The notes beneath the pieces are model-generated. The model was not told where the DNA came from. It was given only the letters and a program-made list of their open reading frames with translations, and ran no database searches. From an uncultured virus (IMG/VR IMGVR_UViG_3300012347_000249) (lineage: Duplodnaviria > Heunggongvirae > Uroviricota > Caudoviricetes): a stretch of DNA of 64,000 bases. A program made the translations under genes and the position numbers. This document shows positions 36,513 through 45,092 of this stretch, piece by piece (position 1 is the stretch's first letter; each line of letters opens with the position of its first letter). The stretch lies in the IMG/VR virus record IMGVR_UViG_3300012347_000249. The stretch is one strand, 5' to 3'.

Positions 36513-37654
36513 ACAAAAAGCTAGGGTACTACACTTGTCACGGCAAGGAATTTGAATCTAAGATCCAAGCACTGATGTTTTCCAAAGCGACCGGAAAACC
36601 GGTGCAATGGTGGTTTAATAATGACGTTTTCGACCATTATCCGTGGCATATTGAGCCAGAATTGACCCTAGATCAACTGTACGATGCTAGAGCAAGACAA
36701 ATACGCGAACAGTACGATTATGTGATGTTAAGCTACAGTGGCGGCGCAGACAGTAACAATGTATTGGAAAGCTTCTTGCGCCAAGGCCTGCACATTGATG
36801 AGGTAGTAACTAACTGGGCACTGGATGCCAGTGAAAAGTACACTGTGCTAGATACTCGAGAACGCTCGGCGTGGAACAACAATGCTGAGTTTAAGCTGCA
36901 CACCACCGATAGATTAAACTACATCAAAAGCGTTAGTCCTCAAACTAAGATTACAGTTAACGACACATCTCAGGCGCTTGTGGATTCCTTTCTGTCTGCA
37001 GGCGATGCAAGTTGGGTAAATAAAAAGCGTGAGATATTAAATGCAGGTGGTACCAACGTATACAACTATGCATACTTCAAAGATCTAAGGCAACAGTTTG
37101 ACCGAGGCAAGCGTATTGCACTGGTCGTTGGCGCCGATAAACCTAAACTAAAAATCATAGGCAACACATTTAATCTATTCTTTGTAGATAAAAGTGTTAA
37201 CATGATTTCAGTGCAGGATCACATTGAAGAGTATCCTAACGCAGAACCTGTCTACTTCTACTTTGATCCACAATGTGGCGATTTGATTTGCAAACAAGCT
37301 CATACAGTATTGAAATGGATTCATGCCAATCCTCAACACCGTGACACTTGGGTCAAAACAGATCCTCATACTCTGCGTCATGTTCAAGAAGAGTTACTAA
37401 AAACAATTATCTACTCAACTTGGAATCCCACTTGGTTTCAAATTCAAAAGTCAGTGAGTGACTGGGATGACGAAATTGATTACTGGTTTAGTAGAGGTTG
37501 GGCAGGAACACAGGAGCACAAAATTTGGCTTGAAGGTTTAAATTTTGTGCAATCTAAAATTGGTGATTTGTTAGCCAAGAACCCCGATGGTACTACCAGG
37601 GGACTTGCTGCTATGTTTAGTAAAAATTATTTTATAGGAAATGTAAATGTTTAA
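36509..37654 (+). CDS. PP-loop (adenine nucleotide alpha-hydrolase-like) protein
   Basis: LSYSGGADS motif; GADKP. Confidence 0.75.
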   Translation: MNKKLGYYTCHGKEFESKIQALMFSKATGKPVQWWFNNDVFDHYPWHIEPELTLDQLYDARARQIREQYDYVMLSYSGGADSNNVLESFLRQGLHIDEVVTNWALDASEKYTVLDTRERSAWNNNAEFKLHTTDRLNYIKSVSPQTKITVNDTSQALVDSFLSAGDASWVNKKREILNAGGTNVYNYAYFKDLRQQFDRGKRIALVVGADKPKLKIIGNTFNLFFVDKSVNMISVQDHIEEYPNAEPVYFYFDPQCGDLICKQAHTVLKWIHANPQHRDTWVKTDPHTLRHVQEELLKTIIYSTWNPTWFQIQKSVSDWDDEIDYWFSRGWAGTQEHKIWLEGLNFVQSKIGDLLAKNPDGTTRGLAAMFSKNYFIGNVNV

Positions 37655-38516
37655 AAAAATCGTAGCCGCACTGCTTATGTGCATTGCATCAGTTTCATTT
37701 GCCAAGGAAACTATTACAATTATTTGGCCCTTTAATATTGGATCCAATCAAGCCAATACTTTACGTGCAATTATCACTGAAGCAAATGCAACACAAAGTG
37801 ATTACGAATTTGTTCTCGATAACAAGCCCGGTGCTGGCGGCGTAGTTGCAGCAAACTATGTTATTGCTCATCCACATAACACTGTGCTAGCAATGAGCTC
37901 GTCGTTTTTTATTAGACCAAACTTTGCGGCGCCTGTGTATGCAGTAGATAGCTTTACTCCAGTGTTTGTGCAAGCAACGGGATCTCCTATTGCAGTGTTA
38001 AGCAAGCGTTATAGTGTATACAAGGATGTTCCGCTAACCAGTGACACAACAGTGGGTACCGCAGGTGTTGGTACTATCAGCGACTTGGTTGCGTCTAATA
38101 TTACTAATGCACGCCGCATTCCTTATCCAAGCATGATTGCTGCGGACAAAGATGTTATGGGTCAGCACATCGACTTAAGCACTGACTTTGTAGGCGACAT
38201 TAGTGGCCTCATTGAAAGTAATTCAATCAACGTGCTGGGCATTACTGGAACAAAGACCATTGGAAATATGAAGCCACTAAAGGGCTTTGAGAAGTTGGTT
38301 GCTAACTACGGAATTTACGCATCAACAGAAATGCCAGAGTCAACTGTGCAAGCGTTGCATGCAGTTCTCAGCAAAGTAAACAATACAAAATCCGTAACTG
38401 ACAGTTACAGTAGAGATCACTTAACTCCGGCGGCAATGAATATGCGCCAAAGCCTAGAATGGTTCAAAGAACAAACTAAGTATTGGCGCACACAAGCCGA
38501 AAGGGTTAATAAGTAA
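37647..38516 (+). CDS. Bug/TctC tripartite tricarboxylate transporter substrate-binding protein
   Basis: Signal peptide; ITIIWPFNIGS; VLDNKPGAGGVVAANYV; GTAGVGT; IPY. Confidence 0.85.
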   Translation: MFKKIVAALLMCIASVSFAKETITIIWPFNIGSNQANTLRAIITEANATQSDYEFVLDNKPGAGGVVAANYVIAHPHNTVLAMSSSFFIRPNFAAPVYAVDSFTPVFVQATGSPIAVLSKRYSVYKDVPLTSDTTVGTAGVGTISDLVASNITNARRIPYPSMIAADKDVMGQHIDLSTDFVGDISGLIESNSINVLGITGTKTIGNMKPLKGFEKLVANYGIYASTEMPESTVQALHAVLSKVNNTKSVTDSYSRDHLTPAAMNMRQSLEWFKEQTKYWRTQAERVNK

Positions 38517-38519
38517 CTA

Positions 38520-39272
38520 TCAGATCTCCTTATAAATTTTAAGGATTTCAGACACAGCAGGATGTCTCATGATGTCCTTGCCTGTGAACTCCACTCCACT
38601 GACGTATTTGCATTTTGCAGTGTATTCGTCAACTAAACGTTTAAAGTCTAGCAAGCCGTTGTCTGCTTCTTTACGGTCAGCTTGGCGAGTATCTCCTGTA
38701 ACAATAATCTTGGAACCGTCACCGAGGCGTGTAAGCAGCATCTTCATCTGCGATGGTGTCGCGTTTTGCATTTCGTCTGCAATAATCCACGAGTTTTTAA
38801 AGGTACGTCCTCTCATGTATGCTAGTGGAGAGATCTCAATTTCTTTGTCTTCTAGCATACGTGTGACATCAGACGGTCTATAATATTCTTCAATGTAGTC
38901 AATTATAGGACGAGTCCATGGTGCCATTTTAGCGTTAAGGTCGCCCGGAAGGAATCCGTGCTGTTCATCGTCTACGCCGACAGCTGGTCGGGTAATTACG
39001 ATCTTGGAGCATTCGCCTGCTCTAAATGCTTTTAGTGCTGCAAGTACAGCTAGCATTGTTTTACCAGTTCCTGCTGGGCCAGTGGCGAATACAATTGTTC
39101 TGTTGGGGTCTGTTAATAAGTCTAGGTAAGTTTCTTGACTTAGTGTTTTTGGGGTTAAATTAATCGGTCGTTGTTTTTGTGGGCGATACGTGTCAATGTT
39201 AATTGTGTTATCTTGAAAATGTGCTTGGGGAATTGCTTGTTGAGCCTGTGCTCGGTTTCTACGCTTAGACAA
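38520..39272 (-). CDS. phoH: PhoH-family ATPase
   Basis: GPAGTGKT, ITRPAV, GFLPG, LAYMRGRT, DEMQN, GDTRQAD, RHP; probable TTG start after AAGGAGG (ATG alternative at 39305). Confidence 0.95.
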   Translation of the reverse strand: MSKRRNRAQAQQAIPQAHFQDNTINIDTYRPQKQRPINLTPKTLSQETYLDLLTDPNRTIVFATGPAGTGKTMLAVLAALKAFRAGECSKIVITRPAVGVDDEQHGFLPGDLNAKMAPWTRPIIDYIEEYYRPSDVTRMLEDKEIEISPLAYMRGRTFKNSWIIADEMQNATPSQMKMLLTRLGDGSKIIVTGDTRQADRKEADNGLLDFKRLVDEYTAKCKYVSGVEFTGKDIMRHPAVSEILKIYKEI

Positions 39273-39342
39273 ATTTGCCTCCTTGGGGTGCGTGAATTTT
39301 TCCATTTTACTGTGGATCAGTAAAACAGTCTGTCCACGAAAA

Positions 39343-39461
39343 TATTTAAGGCCGTTAGCCTAGGTCAATTAACAGGGTTTATAACTTTTGCAAAAGAGGC
39401 TAAGTATTAAGCTGTCTGGTTAGCTCAGTTACATCATAGTTCAATAACATCTGCATAAATA
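39343..39461. promoter_or_regulatory. Divergent late promoters
   Basis: TAAATA on - (39343-39348) toward phoH and on + (39456-39461). Confidence 0.55.
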
Positions 39462-39481
39462 CTTTAAACCGGATTAATCCA

Positions 39482-40051
39482 ATGGCTAATAATTTACGAG
39501 ATGTAATCAACAACACAAAGACTATCACAATGACGGATAGTGCTTTAAACACACTCATGGACTTTGAGCGTGTAATTGACGAGCTAGACCTATATGCGTT
39601 TGCAAACTGGAAAATGGGCGAGCTTGTCGAAGGCCCAGTTTACGAAAAATACTTCGTTACTTGCACATTTATGTGGCCACACAAGAAAATGCCTGATCCA
39701 CGTGCAGCAGAGCGTTTAGCAGAATACGACTGCGAAGTGTTTTACAAGCGTGATATTTTAGAATTTCCAGTTAAAGTTAAATCACCGACAGATTTTAAAC
39801 CGGGTACAAAAGTACCTAAAAAGGGCACAGCCCCAATTTGGTTAGTTAAGATTGTTATGCCTAAGACACTTATGCAAGAAATCCACCAAGGTAGCTTGGA
39901 ATTGGAATCCGGTAATGTGGACATGGAAGACATTGAACAAGCATACGAAACTGGCCAAGACGACAAAATGTACAAAACCGGCGGTGCCGAACAAGTAAAC
40001 CCCGAACAAGGAATAGGCAATGAGCAACCAGCACAACCGCCAGCAGTTTAA
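39482..40051 (+). CDS. Hypothetical late protein
   Basis: LMDFERVIDELDLYAFANW..GELVEGP...MPDP. Confidence 0.8.
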   Translation: MANNLRDVINNTKTITMTDSALNTLMDFERVIDELDLYAFANWKMGELVEGPVYEKYFVTCTFMWPHKKMPDPRAAERLAEYDCEVFYKRDILEFPVKVKSPTDFKPGTKVPKKGTAPIWLVKIVMPKTLMQEIHQGSLELESGNVDMEDIEQAYETGQDDKMYKTGGAEQVNPEQGIGNEQPAQPPAV

Positions 40052-40598
40052 TGAAGGGCTAGAGAGAGGTGACTTAAAGCGCCTTGTACACCCTGAGTTA
40101 CATATCGACGAATTTAAAAGCAAGCTAGGACGCGACGAAGACGTTTGCGTTATTAGCTTTAAAATTGCCAGCAAAGAACCGGCAGCAGACGTTGTTAGCT
40201 TTGTTGAAAAAGGCTACGAGTGGGTTATTGATGCAGATGTTAGCAGCGGCGAAATGGACGACGGTGCTTATCTAGTATTTGTTGAAGTAGACCGTGACAC
40301 AACTCTGCCAATCCACATCATGGAAATGATGCAGGATTTAATGAACTTAACTGACCAAGATATCAGTGACTGGCGTCTACGTTATCAAACTAGCACAAAA
40401 GATCACGAGCTAAGTGAAGAATCTATTAACGCATTGGTTCCGTTAACTTCTGAAGCATACCAAGCCAAGTTTGGCAAAGATGAAAAGAAGGCAGAGCTAG
40501 ACAAGCTAAAAGCTGTAGCAGGTGTTAAGGTAGACACTAAAGCCCCGAAGAACGAGTACACCGAAAGTTTACGTAACTTAGCCGGCATCATTCGCTAA
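40020..40598 (+). CDS. Hypothetical late protein
   Basis: IDEFKSKLG...FVEKGYEWVIDADVS.GE; ends LRNLAGI. Confidence 0.8.
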   Translation: MSNQHNRQQFNEGLERGDLKRLVHPELHIDEFKSKLGRDEDVCVISFKIASKEPAADVVSFVEKGYEWVIDADVSSGEMDDGAYLVFVEVDRDTTLPIHIMEMMQDLMNLTDQDISDWRLRYQTSTKDHELSEESINALVPLTSEAYQAKFGKDEKKAELDKLKAVAGVKVDTKAPKNEYTESLRNLAGIIR

Positions 40599-40604
40599 AC
40601 CATT

Positions 40605-40648
40605 AAAACTCCTATTTGGCTAAATATTCATAGTCAATAGGAGTTTTT
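40605..40648 (+). promoter_or_regulatory. Late promoter inside an RBS-occluding hairpin of the endolysin
   Basis: AAAACTCCTATT / AATAGGAGTTTT flank TAAATA (40621). Confidence 0.75.
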
Positions 40649-40650
40649 CA

Positions 40651-41277
40651 ATGAGTTTTGGACTAACATTAGAACAATTAAAACAAATAGTTCCCGGTAA
40701 TCCGTATATTGAGCACTGGCACGAAGCCTTGTGTGAAATCTTACCAGATTACGAAATCGATACGCCACAGCGTATTGCAGCATTCCTTGCCCAGTGTGCC
40801 CACGAAAGCGGCGGCTTTAAAGCAATTAAAGAAAACTTAAACTATCGTCCGGCTACTCTCGTAACATTGTTTAAGAAGTACTTTGACCTTGAAACTGCTA
40901 CCCGCTATTGCGCCATGCCAGATAAGCAAGCTGCGATTGCCAACAGAATCTATGCTAACCGCATGGGCAACGGCCCAGAAGAGTCGGGCGATGGCTTTAA
41001 GTATTGCGGACGTGGCCTAATCCAGTTAACAGGCAAAGACAACTACTCACGTTATGCACAGAGTTTAGAAATCTCTGTTGAAGAAGCCAGCGAGCATTTA
41101 ACTACATTTGAAGGTTGCGTACAAAGTGCTGCTTGGTTCTGGGAAGCCAACAACTTAAACCAATGGGCAGACAAGGGCGATATCTTAACGCTAACCAAAC
41201 GTATTAACGGTGGTACCATTGGTCTTGAAGATCGCATCAAACACTATAACCATGCTTGTCACGTACTAGGAGCCTAA
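40651..41277 (+). CDS. Glycoside hydrolase family 19 endolysin
   Basis: AAFLAQCAHESGGF...ENLNY...GRGLIQLTGKDNY...SAAWFW...TKRINGG. Confidence 0.92.
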   Translation: MSFGLTLEQLKQIVPGNPYIEHWHEALCEILPDYEIDTPQRIAAFLAQCAHESGGFKAIKENLNYRPATLVTLFKKYFDLETATRYCAMPDKQAAIANRIYANRMGNGPEESGDGFKYCGRGLIQLTGKDNYSRYAQSLEISVEEASEHLTTFEGCVQSAAWFWEANNLNQWADKGDILTLTKRINGGTIGLEDRIKHYNHACHVLGA

Positions 41278-41278
41278 T

Positions 41279-41740
41279 ATGTGGCTACTACATTTCCTTC
41301 CAGATAGCTTTATACAATTTATTGTACATACTATTTTACTTGCAGGTATTATTGGCTGTGTTGCTACGTTTTATTTTGCCAACAAGATATTACGTGCATG
41401 GCCACCTCTTGCAGTGTATTACAAGACTGCACAGATTGCCAGCGTTATCTTGTTGGTAAGTGGTATCTATTTTGAAGGCGGGTATTCAGCTGAAATGCAA
41501 TGGCGTGAACGAGTTGCAGAAGTTGAAGCCAAGGTTGCTGAAGCCGAGCAAGCCGCTAAAGTTGCAAATGACAAGCTAGACAAAAAGAATGCCGGCAAAG
41601 TTAAAGCAATTCGTGAGAAGCAAGTAATAGTCAAACAATACATTGACCGAGAAGTTACTAAATATGATGCAACTTGTCCTATACCAGCACCAGTTGTTAA
41701 AGCACATAATGCAGCAGCAAAAAACGAGACAATAAAATGA
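41279..41740 (+). CDS. Inner-membrane spanin (Rz-like)
   Basis: N-terminal TM helices, coiled coil, C-terminal CPIP...HN.AA; follows the endolysin. Confidence 0.7.
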   Translation: MWLLHFLPDSFIQFIVHTILLAGIIGCVATFYFANKILRAWPPLAVYYKTAQIASVILLVSGIYFEGGYSAEMQWRERVAEVEAKVAEAEQAAKVANDKLDKKNAGKVKAIREKQVIVKQYIDREVTKYDATCPIPAPVVKAHNAAAKNETIK

Positions 41741-42123
41741 AAATTAACGAAATTATTACCGAAGCATGTTGGACTGGATACAAACAAGTTGGCATGAAGA
41801 AAAAGGGCGGCAAGTCTGTTCCTAACTGTGTGCCTACAAACGAAACTGAAGTTGACGAAACCGCAGCATGGCAAAAGAAGTCAGGTAAGAATAAGAACGG
41901 TGGCCTAAATCAAAAGGGCGTTGACAGCTATCGTCGCGAGCACCCAGGTAGCAAACTACAAACCGCAGTTACTACTAAGCCAAGCAAACTAAAGCCTGGC
42001 AGCAAAGATGCCAAGCGCCGTAAGAGTTTCTGTGCCCGAATGAGTGGGGTTGATGGTCCAATGAAGGACGAAAACGGCAAGCCAACTCGTAAGGCACTGG
42101 CATTGAGAAAATGGAATTGCTAA
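41737..42123 (+). CDS. Basic putative internal head protein
   Basis: MKINEIITE|ACWTGYKQVGMKKKGGKSVPNCVP...VDE|TAAWQKKSGKNKNGGLN...RRKSFCARM...ALRKWNC. Confidence 0.8.
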   Translation: MKINEIITEACWTGYKQVGMKKKGGKSVPNCVPTNETEVDETAAWQKKSGKNKNGGLNQKGVDSYRREHPGSKLQTAVTTKPSKLKPGSKDAKRRKSFCARMSGVDGPMKDENGKPTRKALALRKWNC

Positions 42124-42380
42124 TGAGATACTTACTAATTGCACTATTGTTATCTGGGTGCAGCACCGTTGTTCCTGTGACAGCAAAGTTTCCAGACAAG
42201 CCTAAAAATGTTGAACTATGTCCACAACTTGAAACAGTGTCAGACGATATTAAACTAAGTGGGCTAACTAGTACAGTTACAAAGAATTACAGTACCTATT
42301 ACGAGTGTGCTGTGAAAAATGATGCCTGGAATGAATGGTACGAGATACAAAAACGTATATTTGAGGGAGTCGCAAAATGA
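42123..42380 (+). CDS. Outer-membrane spanin lipoprotein (Rz1-like)
   Basis: MRYLLIALLLSGC lipobox; Pro-rich region, two further Cys. Confidence 0.75.
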   Translation: MRYLLIALLLSGCSTVVPVTAKFPDKPKNVELCPQLETVSDDIKLSGLTSTVTKNYSTYYECAVKNDAWNEWYEIQKRIFEGVAK

Positions 42381-42430
42381 ACGAACAAGAACAATGCGGT
42401 AAGTGCGGACACACTCACCCTAAAAACTAA
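42377..42430 (+). CDS. 17-aa CxxC-H-x-H micropeptide
   Basis: GGGAG RBS, ATGA-coupled; MNEQEQCGKCGHTHPKN*. Confidence 0.4.
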   Translation: MNEQEQCGKCGHTHPKN

Positions 42431-42439
42431 GGAGCAAAA

Positions 42440-43003
42440 ATGTCAATAACAGATTCAGTTTTAAAATTGATCAACGCAGAGCCTAAGGATCCAGCTGCAC
42501 CAAAGCCGCCAGTTGGTTCACGCAGCGAACGCGAAGCTAAACTAAAAGACAAAGCAGGTATGGTTATTTCCGTGTTTGCATTGTTGCTAGCAGTTAACAG
42601 TTGGTACGGCGGCAAACTAAGCAGCACAGTGTTAAACAATACACTAGGTGCCAATAACAAGTGGGCACAGTATCAAGCCAAAGCAGGTCGCGGGGTTGAT
42701 TACGAAATCGCAGCTAAAATGACCACTGACCCGAAACTTAAAGTGGAGTTCCGTTCTGAAGCAGACCGCATGGATGCTGATAAGAAGGCCATTGCTGTAG
42801 AAGCTCGTGCCATGGAAGCCACTCGTGAAGAAGCCAAGAAGTCTAGCCCATGGATCGGTTATGCTAGCACAGCATACCAATTGGCTATTGTTGTTCTATC
42901 AGCAAGTATTCTTGCAGTTAGCATGGCAATGTTCTGGGGTAGTTTTGCTGTTGCAGGCGTTGGTATTTTACTAAGCCTAAACGGTCTATTCCTGTGGTTC
43001 TAA
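42440..43003 (+). CDS. DUF4337-like membrane protein
   Basis: TM helix, NNKWAQYQAK, coiled coil, QLAIVVLSASIL, TM helix. Confidence 0.7.
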   Translation: MSITDSVLKLINAEPKDPAAPKPPVGSRSEREAKLKDKAGMVISVFALLLAVNSWYGGKLSSTVLNNTLGANNKWAQYQAKAGRGVDYEIAAKMTTDPKLKVEFRSEADRMDADKKAIAVEARAMEATREEAKKSSPWIGYASTAYQLAIVVLSASILAVSMAMFWGSFAVAGVGILLSLNGLFLWF

Positions 43004-43027
43004 TATAAAAATAATAAGGAGCTAGAA

Positions 43028-43558
43028 ATGAGTCAAAAAGATTATGATAAACTAAGTGGCAGTGAAAAGGCCAAAGAAGATTGGATGAACAGTAAGTGGC
43101 GCCCAATGATGGGATGGATGTACATGTTGATTTGTACATTCGACTTTGTGATTGCGCCAGTGTTATGGAGTTTGATCCAAGCAATTTACAAAGGTGGCGT
43201 TAACGTGCAGTGGCAACCATTAACATTACAGGGTGCAGGTTTATTCCACATCGCAATGGGTGGTGTACTCGGTCTTGCAGCATATGGGCGCACACAAGAA
43301 AAACTAGGCGGAGCAAATAATGGCGGAATCCAACTTCCAGCAAATGCAGGTACAACATATCAGGCACCTACACCAATCCAACCAGCAGCACCAGTCGCAA
43401 GTGCGCCAGCAGCAGGCGGAGCCTTCTCGGCAGCAAGCTGGGGCACCACACCAGTTGCAACATCAAACTTCGGCGGAGGTTTTGGCGGCGCATCAGCGAT
43501 TGCAACAACAGCAAGTGGTAAGAAAATCATTCCCGATGAACCACAACCCCTACTATAA
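43028..43558 (+). CDS. Holin-like protein (GTA-type 3TM holin family)
   Basis: KWRPMMGWMYM...LGLAAYGRTQEK. Confidence 0.75.
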   Translation: MSQKDYDKLSGSEKAKEDWMNSKWRPMMGWMYMLICTFDFVIAPVLWSLIQAIYKGGVNVQWQPLTLQGAGLFHIAMGGVLGLAAYGRTQEKLGGANNGGIQLPANAGTTYQAPTPIQPAAPVASAPAAGGAFSAASWGTTPVATSNFGGGFGGASAIATTASGKKIIPDEPQPLL

Positions 43559-43570
43559 GGATCAATTAAA

Positions 43571-43780
43571 ATGAAACAACTATTACAAATCGTATTCGCA
43601 GTATGCGTAGCACTAGGTACACAATATGCTTATGCAGGTGGCGAAAAGAAAGAAGTCTGCACTGACGTAAAAGACAAAGCAGGCAAAGAAGTTAAAAACA
43701 AAGACGGTAGCACAAAACAATCTTGTAAAACTATTAAAGTACACAAGAAAGTTGAAGGCGAAAAAGTACCAACTAAGTAA
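43571..43780 (+). CDS. Small secreted Lys-rich protein
   Basis: Signal peptide ending AYA; two Cys. Confidence 0.7.
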   Translation: MKQLLQIVFAVCVALGTQYAYAGGEKKEVCTDVKDKAGKEVKNKDGSTKQSCKTIKVHKKVEGEKVPTK

Positions 43781-43781
43781 C

Positions 43782-43826
43782 TTGACGTTAAACCAAAAGT
43801 CCTGTATACTCACATACAGGACTTTT
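43782..43826 (+). promoter_or_regulatory. Sigma70-like promoter overlapping a 13-bp hairpin/terminator
   Basis: TTGACG-17-TATACT; AAAAGTCCTGTAT / ATACAGGACTTTT perfect inverted repeat. Confidence 0.7.
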
Positions 43827-43828
43827 TT

Positions 43829-44032
43829 ATGAGCACATACAACGAAACACATAATGAATACCACCTTCACGGGTTTGAGGTAATCGACGGGCTCAGAGAA
43901 TCTCTCGGTGATAACGATCTTTATCAGCTGTATAAGGATAGACCATGGTTTACACAAACTGGTCGCGTTTTTATTAGAAAAGATGTTGATGCACCGGCAT
44001 TGGTAACTTACTTGTTGCTGCGTAAACGATGA
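43829..44032 (+). CDS. Small protein with Family-A-like tail
   Basis: Ends PALVTYLLLRKR. Confidence 0.65.
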   Translation: MSTYNETHNEYHLHGFEVIDGLRESLGDNDLYQLYKDRPWFTQTGRVFIRKDVDAPALVTYLLLRKR

Positions 44033-44250
44033 GTCCAATTAATCAAATTTTGCAAAATCATCTTTATGAGCCAAAATGGGATGTGCCTGCACAATACAAA
44101 ATTCGAAATGAAATACTGGCACTGGAAATTCCTGGCTTAGTTGATGTGCAATTTGAATTTGAAGGTAGTACTAAAGTTAGAGTCACTCCGGTATTTGCGA
44201 ATGAAAAAGACTACATGTGGTATAATTTAAAATATGGCAACCCATTATGA
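44029..44250 (+). CDS. Family-A small protein (dispersed copy)
   Basis: Ends FANEKDYMWYNLKYG. Confidence 0.75.
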   Translation: MSPINQILQNHLYEPKWDVPAQYKIRNEILALEIPGLVDVQFEFEGSTKVRVTPVFANEKDYMWYNLKYGNPL

Positions 44251-45085
44251 AACACTTGGCTTAACTGAGTCGGCAACACAAGACGATATCAAAAAGGCAT
44301 ATCGCAGTCTTGCCAGCAAGAACCACCCAGACAAGGGCGGAGACACAGCTAAGTTCCAAGAAATCCAAGCTGCATATGCAGCAATAGAAACTCCTGAAAA
44401 GCGAGCCCGGTATGATGCCGAACGCCAGGGAATGGGCCAACGTTATCAGTTTAACGACTTTGGTAACAGCCATAGCGACATGGATATCAATGATATTCTT
44501 CGTAACTTTGGTTTTAGTTTTGGCGATGCATTTATGCGTCAACGCCACGAACAGCAACCCCGCCGCAATAAAGATCTACGCATTAACTTGCCTGTGCATT
44601 TAGTTGATTCTCTGGATACTAGCAAGCGTGTGGTTAGCATAAAAACAACCCGTGGTGAAGAACAAACAGTGGAAATTGAAGTCCCACGTGGCGTACACAA
44701 CAACACCATTATCAAGTATCCCGGGCTAGGGGATAACTTCTTTACATCATTACCGCGTGGTGATTTGCATGTGCATTTTCATCTTTTATCGGATCCGAGA
44801 TTTGAAGTTAGCGGATACGATTTAGTGGCAGCACTTGACATTAACTGTTTAGATGCTATAATAGGTTGCGAGCAGGAATTTACAACACTGGATAATAAAA
44901 CATTTAGTATTACAATTCCTGCAGGTACACAAATGGGTACTAAATTCAAGGTCCCTGCACAAGGGCTGTATTCTGCACAACAGCAACAGAGAGGAAACTT
45001 ATATTTGATTGCTAACATTTTTGTTCCGACAAATCTAAACCAAGAGCAATTAGATATTGTTCGTACGCTCACAACCCCCAAATAA
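44234..45085 (+). CDS. DnaJ/CbpA-type chaperone (no Zn finger)
   Basis: J-domain HYETLG..DIKKAYRSLA.KNHPDKGG; C-terminal DnaJ domain. Confidence 0.92.
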   Translation: MATHYETLGLTESATQDDIKKAYRSLASKNHPDKGGDTAKFQEIQAAYAAIETPEKRARYDAERQGMGQRYQFNDFGNSHSDMDINDILRNFGFSFGDAFMRQRHEQQPRRNKDLRINLPVHLVDSLDTSKRVVSIKTTRGEEQTVEIEVPRGVHNNTIIKYPGLGDNFFTSLPRGDLHVHFHLLSDPRFEVSGYDLVAALDINCLDAIIGCEQEFTTLDNKTFSITIPAGTQMGTKFKVPAQGLYSAQQQQRGNLYLIANIFVPTNLNQEQLDIVRTLTTPK

Positions 45086-45092
45086 ATAATCT

